Positions 1-9,988 of a stretch of DNA of 64,000 bases are shown piece after piece. The translations under genes and the position numbers were made by a program. This stretch comes from Patescibacteria group bacterium (lineage in GTDB: Bacteria; Patescibacteriota; Patescibacteriia; UBA10025; JAHIVO01), in contig JBAZKE010000002.1 in the NCBI GenBank assembly GCA_041650915.1, forward strand, positions 16,638 through 80,637. The letters run 5' to 3'. The notes below the pieces were generated by a model, which worked only from the letters and a program-made list of their open reading frames with translations, made no database searches and was not told the DNA's origin. Within the stretch, counting starts at the first letter, position 1. The number at the start of each line of letters is the position of its first letter.

Positions 1-902
1 TTATCCAGTCAGGCACGCTCAAGCGCGGTGACTCAATTCAGACAGGGCATGCTGTAGGAAAAATTCGCGCGATGAAAGACTACAATGGCAATCCGGTTCC
101 TGCCGCACCGCCCTCAATGCCCGTCCGAATCCTCGGCTTGAAAAACTTGCCCGAAGTCGGAGACTTTCTCCGCGTGGTCGCCGACGACCGTTCGCTCAAG
201 AAGGTAGCCAAACAGCAGCAGCACCTGCAACGTGCATACCGTGACCGGCAGACGTGGCAGAAGAACCGTGCGGAAGAAAAAAAGGAGTCCGGGAAACGGT
301 CTTTCAACATTATCCTAAAAACAGATACGCTCGGTTCGCAAGAAGCGCTCCTCCAGTCACTCGAGGCGATTGAATCGGAAGATGCCTCAGTCACAATCGT
401 AAAGAAGGGGCTCGGCAACGTAACGGATACAGACGTGCTCGAAGCAGAAGGGCTCGAACATGCCATTGTTTATGGCTTCAACGTTAAGACAACCGCGAGA
501 GCGCAGGAAATCGCTCACGATCGGTCCGTCCCCATTCGGACATATAAAATTATCTACGACCTCATTGATGACGTCAATGCTGAGATCGACAAACTAAGGA
601 CGATAAAGGTTGAAATCGTTGAGCTCGGGCGCGCGAAGGTGCTCGCAATTTTCCATACCGAAAAAACACATATCATCCTCGGCTGCCTCATTACAAAGGG
701 GAAGTTTGAAAAAGACGCAAAAGTGCGCATTATCCGCGAAAAGGTTCCCGTCGGATCCGCCACCGCAACAAAACTCCAGCAAGGTCAGCAGGAATCGCAG
801 CACATCCCGTCGGGCACTGAGTGCGGCATTGAACTCCGCGGAACAACGAACGTAAAGGTTGGCGATTTCCTCGAGGCATACCGCGAAGATCTGCATAAAT
901 AA
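1..902 (+). CDS. infB: Translation initiation factor IF-2, C-terminal portion (5' end outside the window)
   Basis: The reading frame is open from base 3 (IQSGTLKRGDSI.GHAVGKIRAM...). The C-terminal beta-barrel region has typical IF-2 motifs (VRILGLKNL, GTECGIEL) and ends at TAA 900-902. Confidence 0.85.
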   Translation, partial: IQSGTLKRGDSIQTGHAVGKIRAMKDYNGNPVPAAPPSMPVRILGLKNLPEVGDFLRVVADDRSLKKVAKQQQHLQRAYRDRQTWQKNRAEEKKESGKRSFNIILKTDTLGSQEALLQSLEAIESEDASVTIVKKGLGNVTDTDVLEAEGLEHAIVYGFNVKTTARAQEIAHDRSVPIRTYKIIYDLIDDVNAEIDKLRTIKVEIVELGRAKVLAIFHTEKTHIILGCLITKGKFEKDAKVRIIREKVPVGSATATKLQQGQQESQHIPSGTECGIELRGTTNVKVGDFLEAYREDLHK

Positions 903-921
903 CGTACGTCATACAGGAACA

Positions 922-1266
922 GTGTCATCACGTCGTATCCAGCAAGTCAATGAACTCATCCGGCACGAACTCGGAAAAATTTTAGTTAGAGAAGTTACGC
1001 TTCCGAAAGGCTGCCTCGCAACGATCACGGATGTACGCACGGGCTCCGACCTCAAGAATGCTACCGTCTACGTGAGCACTATGCCGAAGGGGAGGCAGGG
1101 CAGCACGGTTGAAATGCTCAACAAACGCACGGGATACTTCCAGTCGCTGCTTGGGAATACTCTGAAGCTGAGGGTCACGCCAAAGCTGTACTTCAAGCTC
1201 GATCCAGCAGAGGAGCAGCGGGCTAGGATTGATGAACTCATTGACAAAATTCACCACGACGGGTAG
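922..1266 (+). CDS. rbfA: Ribosome-binding factor A
   Basis: RRIQQVNELIRHELGKIL...ATITDVRTGSDLKNATVYVS is classic RbfA. It sits in the conserved position downstream of infB. I moved the start to an in-frame GTG at 922 so it no longer overlaps infB. Confidence 0.8.
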   Translation: MSSRRIQQVNELIRHELGKILVREVTLPKGCLATITDVRTGSDLKNATVYVSTMPKGRQGSTVEMLNKRTGYFQSLLGNTLKLRVTPKLYFKLDPAEEQRARIDELIDKIHHDG

Positions 1267-1272
1267 GATTCA

Positions 1273-2277
1273 TTGTTCTTGAAAAAGCCAGTAAAACCCT
1301 TCCCAATGGTTGAATTTTATCCACTATTTCAAAAAATAAAAGAAGAGGCGGTCAAAGCGCGCTCCGCCATTGTGATTTCCCACCAAAACCCGGACGGTGA
1401 CGCAATCGGATCACTTCTTGGAATGAGCTACTTTCTTGACCAAAACGAAGTAATGCACGAACTCTTCTGCGCATCGCCGATCCCGGAGTACCTCAAATTT
1501 CTGCCGAATGTCGAACGCATTACAAACAACGATGAAGTGCTGCTCACCAGAGAGTATGACCTCATCATTATCCTTGATTCGGGCGACCTCAAGTACGCCG
1601 GCGTTGATATGCACTTCAGGAGCATCAAGGGCTTGCCGATCGTCATCAACATCGACCACCACCCTACGAACACGCTGTTCGGGCATATCAACCTTGTCCA
1701 CTCCAAAGCTTCTTCGACTGCAGAGATTATCTTCCATCTGCTCGACCACTATCGGCATCCGATTACGAAAGAAGTTGCGACAAGCCTCCTCACCGGCATC
1801 CTTACCGATACCGGCGGCTTCGCGAACCTCGGCACGACCTCGTCTTCGCTTGAAGTCTCATCGCGCCTCGTCGCGCAGGGTGCACGGATCCGCGAGGTGA
1901 TCACAAACACCTTCCGCAATAAACCCCTCAAGCAGCTCCAGCTCTGGGGCCGCGCGCTCTCGCGGCTCAAGGAAGACCCCAAGACCGGCATCGTCACGAC
2001 GGTGCTCCTCAAAGGAGACTTCGAGGAACTCGGCATCGATGAAGAGAGCACCGAAGGAATCTCAAACTTCCTCAACAACGTCGAGCACGCAAAGGCGATT
2101 ATCGTGCTGCGTGAAAAAGCAGACGGCACCATCAAGGGCAGCCTTCGGACCACCCAGCCGGACGTCGATGTATCTGCCATCGCAAAATTTTTTGGCGGGG
2201 GCGGCCACAAGAAAGCGGCCGGATTTACCGTCAAGGGCAGAATCGTCCAGACAAACCTCGGTTGGAAAATAGAGTAA
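1273..2277 (+). CDS. DHH/DHHA1 phosphoesterase (NrnA-like oligoribonuclease/pAp phosphatase)
   Basis: It has the HQNPDGDAIGS, DHH (IDHHPTN) and GGGH (GGGGHKKAAGF) motifs. The true start may be the internal Met at 1306. Confidence 0.75.
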   Translation: MFLKKPVKPFPMVEFYPLFQKIKEEAVKARSAIVISHQNPDGDAIGSLLGMSYFLDQNEVMHELFCASPIPEYLKFLPNVERITNNDEVLLTREYDLIIILDSGDLKYAGVDMHFRSIKGLPIVINIDHHPTNTLFGHINLVHSKASSTAEIIFHLLDHYRHPITKEVATSLLTGILTDTGGFANLGTTSSSLEVSSRLVAQGARIREVITNTFRNKPLKQLQLWGRALSRLKEDPKTGIVTTVLLKGDFEELGIDEESTEGISNFLNNVEHAKAIIVLREKADGTIKGSLRTTQPDVDVSAIAKFFGGGGHKKAAGFTVKGRIVQTNLGWKIE

Positions 2278-2290
2278 AAAACGGACCCGC

Positions 2291-2322
2291 TTGACGAGCG
2301 CGGCCAGCTGTTTTAAAATACC
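2291..2322 (+). promoter_or_regulatory. Putative sigma70-like promoter (TTGACG-16-TTAAAAT) at the head of an ORF-free region
   Basis: Motif match only: TTGACGagcgcggccagctgttTTAAAAT. Confidence 0.3.
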
Positions 2323-2885
2323 CGAATCTCCCCTCTGTTCCTTGTTCCCATTCACCCCTGTACCTTGATGCTGCGCTGGGGAGACGCAACAATGCAGCAG
2401 TAAGGTCAAGATGGAGAAACACCAAAATGAGTGTTAATCTCACCCTGCGTCGTATGCCGTAACGCACTATGAACGGTATGAACTCTGCTGCGGTGCTACC
2501 GGACGCAGCAGGTGTACGGAGTATCGAATTGTTCCGCGCCGAACGAAGATGATCGGCAGACGTACCGCCTTGTGGTGACCCAACGGCCACAGTGGGGATT
2601 AAACGACGCAAGAATATAGCGTCCTATACGGCGGACACGTTGATCCTGTTGACGCGATGCGTCACCATGATTCCTACCGGATGCGGAGCACTGCGAAAAA
2701 CGTGCAGTAACCGCCCGTAGCAAAGGGTAACATTGTAGTGGTGCCTCCATTACGATACATCCAGTATCTCTTTGAATGATTCTTACCATGAGGGGGGAAC
2801 GCTCCCCTGAGGGGCAATTAGTCGCTGATGAAAGCGCAGGCGCAACCACGCCGGTAAGACGCTAGGCGCATGCCCAGCAAAAACG

Positions 2886-2938
2886 ATACCGCCAAGGCCC
2901 GTCACATTTTCAATTGTGAACCCAAGGCGGTATTTTTT
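2886..2938 (+). terminator. Rho-independent terminator-like hairpin plus U-tract
   Basis: ATACCGCC ... GGCGGTAT stem with an imperfect inner hairpin, followed by TTTTTTAT. Confidence 0.5.
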
Positions 2939-2964
2939 ATGGAAATACGTGAATTCATTACGGG

Positions 2965-2994
2965 TTGACAAGCATTGACACTATCAACTATACT
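2965..2994 (+). promoter_or_regulatory. Putative clpP promoter
   Basis: TTGACA, an 18-nt spacer and TATACT, about 30 nt upstream of the clpP start. Confidence 0.45.
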
Positions 2995-3023
2995 AGTAAC
3001 TACCTTTATTAAATAATTATAGT

Positions 3024-3602
3024 ATGTACCTCGTTCCAACGGTAGTTGAAAAATCAACACACGGCGAACGAGCCTACGATATATACTCTCGGCTACTTAA
3101 AGAGAGAATTATCTTCCTAGGCAATCCGATCGACGACACAGTAGCGAATACGGTCATCGCACAGCTACTGTTCTTAGAGTCTGTTGACAAGTCGAAAGAC
3201 ATCAAGCTCTACATCAACACCCCGGGCGGTTCGGTTACTGCCGGCTTAGCGATCTATGACACCATGCAGTACGTCAAACCGGACGTGACGACCATCTGCG
3301 TCGGGCTCGCAGGTTCGATGGGCGCAGTGCTCCTCGCGGCGGGCGCTAAAAAGAAGCGCTGTGCGCTCCCGAACTCCGAAATTCTCCTGCACCAGGTCAT
3401 GGGCGGAGCAGAGGGCCAAGCGGTAGACATTAAGATTAGAGCAGAGCACATCATCAAGATCAGAGATCGTATCAACCAGATACTCTCGGATCACACCGGA
3501 CAGTCGATCGACAGCATCAGCAGAGATACTGACCGTGACTTCTTCATGTCTGCCCCCGAGGCGAAGAAGTACGGCGTCGTGGATAAAATCATCCAGCAGT
3601 AG
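3024..3602 (+). CDS. clpP: ATP-dependent Clp protease proteolytic subunit
   Basis: [34 protein letters not shown] and the catalytic Ser region [14 protein letters not shown]. The homology is unmistakable. Confidence 0.9.
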   Translation: MYLVPTVVEKSTHGERAYDIYSRLLKERIIFLGNPIDDTVANTVIAQLLFLESVDKSKDIKLYINTPGGSVTAGLAIYDTMQYVKPDVTTICVGLAGSMGAVLLAAGAKKKRCALPNSEILLHQVMGGAEGQAVDIKIRAEHIIKIRDRINQILSDHTGQSIDSISRDTDRDFFMSAPEAKKYGVVDKIIQQ

Positions 3603-3721
3603 CGCCCGATCGCAGAGGAAGCTTATAAAACTCAACGCTAAGTAGCCGAGGATCCGACGGAAACGGATCGCTCGGACTTGAGCATGGATACATATACCTA
3701 ACAATAATTAATTCCACACAT

Positions 3722-5251
3722 ATGGCAGAAAGCATCATCTGGGTTATCCTCACGGCAGTCGGCCTGCCGGGCGGCATGCTCGTCGGCTGGTGGGGACGCA
3801 AATTCTGGGCAGCCAAGCAGATCAATACCGCAGAAGCAAGGCTCCAACAGCTCATTCAGGACACCAAAAGCAAGCAAAAAGATCTCCTCATCGAAGCGAA
3901 AGACAAGGGGATGAAAATCATCGAGGACGCAAAACGCGAAGGGGAAGAGCGGCACAGAGAGCTTACCCATTTGCAACGGCGGCTGGAAAGCCGTGAGGCG
4001 CTCTTTGATAAAAAACTTATCACGCTCGAAGATCGGCAACAGAAGCTCACTGAACGCACCCAACGGATCGAGGCGGCGAAGCAAGAAATCCTCAAGATCA
4101 AAGAACAGCAGATAGAAAAGCTGCAGCGAATCGCTGAGCTTACCAAAGAGGAAGCAAAAAAGGTGCTGCTCGACAATACTGAACGGGAAATGAAAGACGA
4201 ACTCTTGCTGAGGATCAGAAAACTCCAACAGGAATCAAACGAAGAGCTCGAGCGCGAAGCTAAAGATATGCTCTCACGTGCTGTGCAGCGCTGCGCAACT
4301 TCCCATACGGCCGAAACAACAACGACCGTCGTCAATCTCCCCTCCGACGAAATGAAGGGGAGAATCATCGGACGCGAGGGCAGAAACATCAAAGCGCTTG
4401 AGCAGCTCACCGGGGTAGAAATCATTGTCGATGATACGCCGGAGGCGATCATCATCTCGGGCTTCTCACCGATCCGGCGGCATCTCGCAAAGCGCACGCT
4501 CGATAAACTCATACAGGATGGCAGGATCCACCCAGCGCGCATTGAAGAGACGATCGAAATAGCAAAAAAAGAGCTCGCGAAAGACATTAAAAAGGCCGGT
4601 GAAGAAGCGGCATACGAAGTCGGGATTGCCGGGCTCGACCCGAAACTCTTGCAGATCGTCGGCCGATTGAAATACCGGACGAGCTACGGGCAGAATAACC
4701 TGCGCCACTCGATCGAGGTTGCGCACCTCTCCGCGCTGCTCGCCCAAGATCTCGGCGCTGATGTGGCGCTCGCAAAGAAAGGCGGTTTTCTGCACGACAT
4801 CGGCAAGGCAGTCGACCACGAGGTGCAGGGTACGCATCCGGAAATCGGGAAGGATATCGGTAAAAAATTCGGCCTGCCAAAAACCGTGATCGAGTGCATC
4901 GCATACCACCATGAAGACGAGCCGCCTTCACTTGAAGCGCTCATTGTCAAGGTTGCAGACGCAATTTCAGGCGCCCGGCCGGGCGCCCGGAAAGACACGT
5001 ACGAGCACTACCTCCAGCGGCTCGACGAACTTGAGAGCCTCGCTAAGTCGTTTGACGGAATCGAGAAAGCATACGCGATACAAGCTGGCCGTGAAGTCCG
5101 TGTGTTTGTCGCGCCGGATAACGTTGATGACCTGCAGGCAGTCAAGCTCGCAAAGGATATCGCCGGCAAGATAGAACAGGAGCTCAAGTACCCCGGAGAA
5201 ATTAAAGTCAACGTCATCCGTGAAAAGAGAATCATCGAATATGCCCGATAA
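3722..5251 (+). CDS. rny: Ribonuclease Y
   Basis: N-terminal TM helix, coiled-coil, KH domain (GRIIGREGRNIKALE) and HD domain (LHDIGKAVDHE). Confidence 0.9.
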   Translation: MAESIIWVILTAVGLPGGMLVGWWGRKFWAAKQINTAEARLQQLIQDTKSKQKDLLIEAKDKGMKIIEDAKREGEERHRELTHLQRRLESREALFDKKLITLEDRQQKLTERTQRIEAAKQEILKIKEQQIEKLQRIAELTKEEAKKVLLDNTEREMKDELLLRIRKLQQESNEELEREAKDMLSRAVQRCATSHTAETTTTVVNLPSDEMKGRIIGREGRNIKALEQLTGVEIIVDDTPEAIIISGFSPIRRHLAKRTLDKLIQDGRIHPARIEETIEIAKKELAKDIKKAGEEAAYEVGIAGLDPKLLQIVGRLKYRTSYGQNNLRHSIEVAHLSALLAQDLGADVALAKKGGFLHDIGKAVDHEVQGTHPEIGKDIGKKFGLPKTVIECIAYHHEDEPPSLEALIVKVADAISGARPGARKDTYEHYLQRLDELESLAKSFDGIEKAYAIQAGREVRVFVAPDNVDDLQAVKLAKDIAGKIEQELKYPGEIKVNVIREKRIIEYAR

Positions 5252-6053
5252 TCCCCTCATCAAGGTCCTCTTTTTCGGTGATATTGTCGGAAAGCCTGGC
5301 AGGAGGGCGCTCGTGCAGGCAGTGCCAAATCTGAAAAAGAAGTACGCGCCGAATTACACGATAGCGAATGCGGAAAATATTGCCCACGGCATCGGCATCA
5401 CGAAAAAAACGCTTAGCGAATGCGCAAGTGCGGGGATTGACCTCTTTACCTCGGGGAATCATACCTGGGCAAAGCCTGAGGCAGAGAGTATCCTCGGCGA
5501 TGAGAATGCAAACCTCATCCGCCCTGCCAATGAACTGGAGGCCAAATCGGGCACGGGATACAGGATCGTTGATGCTGGAATCGGCAAGCTACTTGTGATA
5601 AACTTAATCGGCAGGGTTTTCATGGAGGGGAAATATGCTTCCCCCTTTACCGCCGTTGACAGCATCTTGGACGCAGTAGACGCTGATCAGCTCGCCGGAA
5701 CGATCGTCGATTTCCACGCAGAAGCGACCTCAGAAAAAAATGCCTTCGGATGGCACGTCGACGGGCGCGTATCGGCCGTCCTCGGAACGCATACGCACAT
5801 ACAAACCGCCGATGAACGAATACTTCCGAACGGCACGGCATACATCTCTGACATCGGGATGGTTGGATTGAGAGACTCGGTCATCGGCATTGACAAAGAT
5901 GTCATCGTCAACAACTTCCTGGAAAAGAGGCGCCTGCCGCATGACATTCCGGAACACGGCGTTTGCACGGTCGGCGCTGTACAGCTCGAAATCGACCCGC
6001 ATACCCAAAAAGCAGTGCGTATCACGCGGATTAGCACAGAGGTGACGGTTTAA
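5241..6053 (+). CDS. ymdB: YmdB-family metallophosphoesterase (2',3'-cyclic-nucleotide phosphodiesterase)
   Basis: KVLFFGDIVGKPGR, GNHTW and the GTHTH motif. It lies immediately downstream of rny, overlapping it, as in Firmicutes. Confidence 0.75.
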   Translation: MPDNPLIKVLFFGDIVGKPGRRALVQAVPNLKKKYAPNYTIANAENIAHGIGITKKTLSECASAGIDLFTSGNHTWAKPEAESILGDENANLIRPANELEAKSGTGYRIVDAGIGKLLVINLIGRVFMEGKYASPFTAVDSILDAVDADQLAGTIVDFHAEATSEKNAFGWHVDGRVSAVLGTHTHIQTADERILPNGTAYISDIGMVGLRDSVIGIDKDVIVNNFLEKRRLPHDIPEHGVCTVGAVQLEIDPHTQKAVRITRISTEVTV

Positions 6054-6086
6054 TTCAAATAATTTAAAAAGAAAGGAGGTGACACA

Positions 6087-6371
6087 ATGAATAAAGCTGA
6101 GCTCATCAACAGAATTTCTGAAAAAGTCGGCACGTCAAAAAAGCAGACAGAAGACATGCTCGAAGCTTTTGAGCAGATTATTACCGGAAAGCTCAAAGAA
6201 GGGGAGGAAGTAACTCTCACAGGGTTCGGAACTTTCATGGCAAGAGAACGTTCCGCGCGCGCCGGGGTCAATCCCCAGAATCCGTCGGAACGCATCCAGG
6301 TTCCTGCTGTCACTGTTCCAAAATTCAAAGCCGGCAAGTCATTGAAGGACGCCCTCAAGAACAAACAATAA
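6087..6371 (+). CDS. hup: DNA-binding protein HU
   Basis: MNKAELI...TLTGFGTF...R.ARNP.T...V.A..VP.FKAGK. There is a strong SD (AAAGGAGGTG) 8 nt upstream. Confidence 0.85.
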   Translation: MNKAELINRISEKVGTSKKQTEDMLEAFEQIITGKLKEGEEVTLTGFGTFMARERSARAGVNPQNPSERIQVPAVTVPKFKAGKSLKDALKNKQ

Positions 6372-6390
6372 CGTTTCCACATACGCAACT

Positions 6391-6425
6391 AACCCCCCAT
6401 CGCATCCGTGTGAGGGGGGTTTTCG
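6391..6425 (+). terminator. Rho-independent terminator after the HU gene
   Basis: AACCCCCCA...TGAGGGGGGTTTT. Confidence 0.6.
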
Positions 6426-6573
6426 TATCCCCGCTGTATCTCGGTAATTTTCAATCAGCTGCTGCCGGCGGGCATGGATAAATTTGCCGTGTACCACTTT
6501 TAACGTATACGGCGCCACGAAGCTCATAGTGGTTTATGGTGAACCATCAACCCGCCCAATCAATTTCTAAAAA

Positions 6574-6623
6574 GGTGGGCGCAGATGGATTTGAACCATC
6601 GACCCCCACTGTATAGCGGCCGC
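6574..6623 (-). other. tRNA 3'-half fragment (partial duplicate of the adjacent tRNA-Ile(UAU), from anticodon stem to CCACC)
   Basis: From AGTGG onward to ..TGCGCCCACC (38-40 nt) this copy is identical to the full tRNA at 6698-6773, and it has no 5' half. Confidence 0.5.
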
Positions 6624-6697
6624 TTCTTCAACTCTTAAAATTATTTTTTTGAAAGCGGCCGATATATCGGCGATTAACATTATTTATCCCTTCTTTT

Positions 6698-6773
6698 TGG
6701 TGGGCGCAGATGGATTTGAACCATCGACCCCCACTTTATAAGAGTGGTGCTCTAACCGCTGAGCTATGCGCCC
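6698..6773 (-). tRNA. tRNA-Ile (anticodon UAU) with encoded CCA
   Basis: Manual fold: GGGCGCA-TA-GCTCAGCGGTTAGAGC-A-CCACT-CTTATAA-AGTGG-GGGTC-GATGG-TTCAAAT-CCATC-TGCGCCC-A-CCA. The anticodon loop is CU-UAU-AA. Confidence 0.7.
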
Positions 6774-6803
6774 ACCAAAAAGAAATAAAATTTTAATGAA
6801 AAT

Positions 6804-6846
6804 CGCCGCTATAAGAGTGATGCTCTAACCGCTGAGCTACAGGCCC
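6804..6846 (-). other. tRNA 5'-half fragment (GGGCCTGTAGCTCAGCGGTTAGAGCATCACTCTTATAG...) with no cognate 3' half
   Basis: The acceptor 5' strand and D-arm are near-identical to the adjacent tRNA, but the sequence diverges after the anticodon loop. Confidence 0.45.
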
Positions 6847-6967
6847 AGCAGCAGCTTCCGATCACTCCCTAAATGTCCGTATACTCTATTGTGCGACGGA
6901 CTGTATCGGCTGTCAACCCAAAGATAAAAAAAGCAGCGAGACGAGCACCCGACGCTCCTGCGTTCAT

Positions 6968-7984
6968 CTACGCACTCTTCATTGAAAATTTCCCGATCCA
7001 GCGCGCCAACTTGCTCTGCGCCTTCTCATCGACCAGCTTCAAGAATAGGAATGTCCACGCGAGGTAGTTAAACGTAACGTACGCCGCACCGACAATCGCG
7101 GCTATAGCGAACCACGCAACCGTACCGAATACGAGCGCAACGACAAAACCCTGCTGCGAAGCGAAGAAAAGACCGGCTATTGCAATCAGAATGAACGGGA
7201 CCGCTGCAATACCCATCAGCAGCAGAATGAAGAGGCCGACACAAATTCCAATAACGAGGATGATAAACGCCATCTCAATGCTCACGAGCCACTGCTCCCG
7301 GAAGAGCTTCCAGCCGAGCTTGATTGATTCTCCAGCGGGCTTATCCTTAATTACGATATATGCGATAGCATACTTCACGACGAACGAAGCAACCACCGAA
7401 ATGGGAACAAAAACAAAAAACACGATCACGACGAATACCGTCCCGGCCAGGAGGCTGTCCCGCAAGAGAAAGGTAGCGACGAGCGGTGTCCCGATGAGCA
7501 CAAAAATAGCATACATGACAACCTTGATGGTCAGATTAATGAGCAGTACCGAACCGAAGTGCCTGTTGCCGTTTCGATACGCGTCCCCGTAGCTGATGTC
7601 CGTACCCTTTGCAATTTTACTGCCGGCATCGAAAAGCCCGATCTGTGAAACAATCGCCAGCCATACGATCACGAGAATGACAACGAGCAGCAAGAGGAAA
7701 AAAAGGAATGCCTGCCATGGGTTGGCGCTAAAAAAATCCATGGTACTCTCATACATTGACCACAAGAAACCATCCTGGTAAAAAGACCGAAGGCTAAAAA
7801 TACCCCGGGAACGCTCGCCGATGTCCACGTAGCTGTTGAAGAGTGACTCAAATTCACCGCCCGCACCCAAGAATGCCGCAAAGAAGCCGAAGAACCAGAG
7901 AAACTTATACTTCTTCGCTGCCGCGTAGGCTCGCCGCAGCACTTCACGGTATGTCGATGCTGGAAGCGTTTTTCCGATAGCCAT
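6968..7984 (-). CDS. Polytopic integral membrane protein of unknown function
   Basis: 338-aa ORF with 8 or more hydrophobic helices. I do not recognise a family. Confidence 0.55.
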   Translation of the reverse strand: MAIGKTLPASTYREVLRRAYAAAKKYKFLWFFGFFAAFLGAGGEFESLFNSYVDIGERSRGIFSLRSFYQDGFLWSMYESTMDFFSANPWQAFLFFLLLLVVILVIVWLAIVSQIGLFDAGSKIAKGTDISYGDAYRNGNRHFGSVLLINLTIKVVMYAIFVLIGTPLVATFLLRDSLLAGTVFVVIVFFVFVPISVVASFVVKYAIAYIVIKDKPAGESIKLGWKLFREQWLVSIEMAFIILVIGICVGLFILLLMGIAAVPFILIAIAGLFFASQQGFVVALVFGTVAWFAIAAIVGAAYVTFNYLAWTFLFLKLVDEKAQSKLARWIGKFSMKSA

Positions 7985-8029
7985 AGGATCCTCCTTATAG
8001 TATTACTATAATATCAACCGCAATATATA

Positions 8030-9916
8030 TCAAGCTTTTGCAGGTTGACGGTTATCCTTAAAGATTGATTCAAATTCATCGTGTTCGAGCGTCTCCTTCT
8101 CGAGCAGCTTCTGAACGATCGCCTCAAGCATCGAACGTTTCTGCTTGACAATTTTCTTTGCTACTTCGTATGCATCGTCAATAAACTTGGAAACTTCCTT
8201 GTCAATCGTCTGCGCTACCTTCTCGCTGTAGTCACGTCGCTCGTGGATTTCCCTCCCGAGAAATACGAGCTCCTCCTGCTCGCCGAATGTCCGCGGACCA
8301 AGCACGTCGCTCATGCCAAACTGGGTAACGAGACGGCGTGCCAGCTTCGTTGCATGCTGGAGGTCGTTCGATGCTCCTGTTGTGGTATCTTTAAAAACTT
8401 CACGCTCTGCCGCATTGCCGGCGAGCAGCACTGCAAGATCATCGAGAAATTCCTTCTTGGTATGCATGCGCCGGTCCTCAGTCGGCATCTTGAGTGTATA
8501 GCCGCCAGCTTGCCCGCGCGCAATAATCGAAACCTTCCGAACCGGATCAACGTCCGGCAGCTCGTGCGCGACGAGTGCATGGCCTGCTTCATGGTACGCG
8601 GTCACTTTCTTATCATGCTCGGAGAGCACCCTGCTCTTCCGCTCCGGGCCGAGCATTACCTTCTCAATGCTCTCGAGGCACTCGCTGCGCGATACCTTTT
8701 TTTTATTGCGGCGCGCCGCAAGAAGTGCCGCCTCATTCAGCAGGTTGGCAAGGTCAGCCCCGGAAAAACCGGGCGTCCGCTCGGCAATTTCGCGAAGATT
8801 CACGTTATCCGCGAGCGGCTTCTTGACTGCGTGTACCTTGAGTATCGCTTCACGATCCGCAATATCCGGCTCATCGAGTGTCACGCGCCGGTCGAACCTG
8901 CCTGGCCGTAGCAGCGCCGGATCGAGCACATCCGGCCTGTTGGTTGCCGCCATGATGATGACATTAGTATCGGTATCAAACCCATCCATTTCAACCAAAA
9001 TTTGATTGAGCGTCTGTTCACGTTCGTCGTGTGAACCGCCCAAACCCGCACCGCGCTGGCGTCCAACCGCATCAATCTCGTCAATGAAGATGATACAGGG
9101 AGCTGATTTTTTAGCACGCTTAAATAGATCCCGCACGCGGGATGCGCCGACACCGACAAACATTTCGACAAACTCGGAGCCTGAAATGTGGAAGAACGGC
9201 ACATTTGCCTCCCCCGCAACTGCCTTGGCAAGGAGCGTCTTGCCGGTTCCCGGCGGGCCAATAAGAAGCACGCCCTTTGGTATCCGTGCCCCCAGCGCAA
9301 GAAATTTGCTCGGACTCTTCAAGAACTCGATGACCTCCTCGAGCTCCTCTTTAGCTTCCCGCACACCCGCAACGTCCTTGAACGTAACGCGGTCTCTGCG
9401 GTTCTGGACCTTCTCCTCACGTGCCTTGCTCTGGCCAAACGACATCGCATTTTTCCCAGCCCCCTGGACCTGCCGCATCATAAACCAGAAGAAGACGCCG
9501 ATCAACAGGAGCGGAAACAAGAACGGCAACACTGCACCGAGCCAGAAGCTCGCACCGCCATCCTCCGCAATCTCAACGCTGACTTCCTTGAGCTTCTCGG
9601 GATCAATGCCGTAATCATTCACGAGCGAGGCGAGTGAATCGGTGACCTCCTTGCGCGACTCTACGACCGTGCCATCCTTCAAGGAAACGGTAAGCTGATC
9701 CCCTGCAATCTCAATCTTATCAACTTCACCCTTGTCGATCTGATCAACCACGCTGCTAATCCCGACGATTTCAGGCTCATCAAATGAAGCCGTGAACAGA
9801 CTAAAAATCCCCATCACGACGGCAAAGATGATAAGAAAGATAAAAAAATTTTTCAATAAGTTTTTTCCCATACTTTTTTTCACTACCCGCATTCCAATGA
9901 CTAATCGAAGATTCAA
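8030..9916 (-). CDS. ftsH: ATP-dependent zinc metalloprotease FtsH
   Basis: Walker A ([13 protein letters not shown]), SRH, the zinc motif [10 protein letters not shown] and an N-terminal TM anchor. The start may be the internal Met (MGKNLLK). Confidence 0.9.
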   Translation of the reverse strand: MNLRLVIGMRVVKKSMGKNLLKNFFIFLIIFAVVMGIFSLFTASFDEPEIVGISSVVDQIDKGEVDKIEIAGDQLTVSLKDGTVVESRKEVTDSLASLVNDYGIDPEKLKEVSVEIAEDGGASFWLGAVLPFLFPLLLIGVFFWFMMRQVQGAGKNAMSFGQSKAREEKVQNRRDRVTFKDVAGVREAKEELEEVIEFLKSPSKFLALGARIPKGVLLIGPPGTGKTLLAKAVAGEANVPFFHISGSEFVEMFVGVGASRVRDLFKRAKKSAPCIIFIDEIDAVGRQRGAGLGGSHDEREQTLNQILVEMDGFDTDTNVIIMAATNRPDVLDPALLRPGRFDRRVTLDEPDIADREAILKVHAVKKPLADNVNLREIAERTPGFSGADLANLLNEAALLAARRNKKKVSRSECLESIEKVMLGPERKSRVLSEHDKKVTAYHEAGHALVAHELPDVDPVRKVSIIARGQAGGYTLKMPTEDRRMHTKKEFLDDLAVLLAGNAAEREVFKDTTTGASNDLQHATKLARRLVTQFGMSDVLGPRTFGEQEELVFLGREIHERRDYSEKVAQTIDKEVSKFIDDAYEVAKKIVKQKRSMLEAIVQKLLEKETLEHDEFESIFKDNRQPAKA

Positions 9917-9988
9917 AAAACGCGGTTACAATTATACCCTAAAAGCAACCCCCTGACAAATCGTCCATTCGCCCAAAAATACTGCCAA

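Noticed and set aside
2330-2940. Hypothesis that the ORF-free region is tmRNA or RNase P RNA
   Set aside because: I could not find a tRNA-like T-arm (GGTTCGA/GGTTCAA) with a matching acceptor end, a plausible tag-peptide frame ending in a hydrophobic tail, or the RNase P P4 strands (AGTCCGGGC / CCCGGCTTA) on either strand. It remains an unassigned candidate ncRNA.
2231-2971. Three overlapping minus-strand ORFs (126, 117 and 62 aa) in the nrnA-clpP spacer
   Set aside because: They overlap each other and the nrnA 3' end. Their composition is Arg/Ser/Cys-rich and they have no start context. The region fits a non-coding RNA better.
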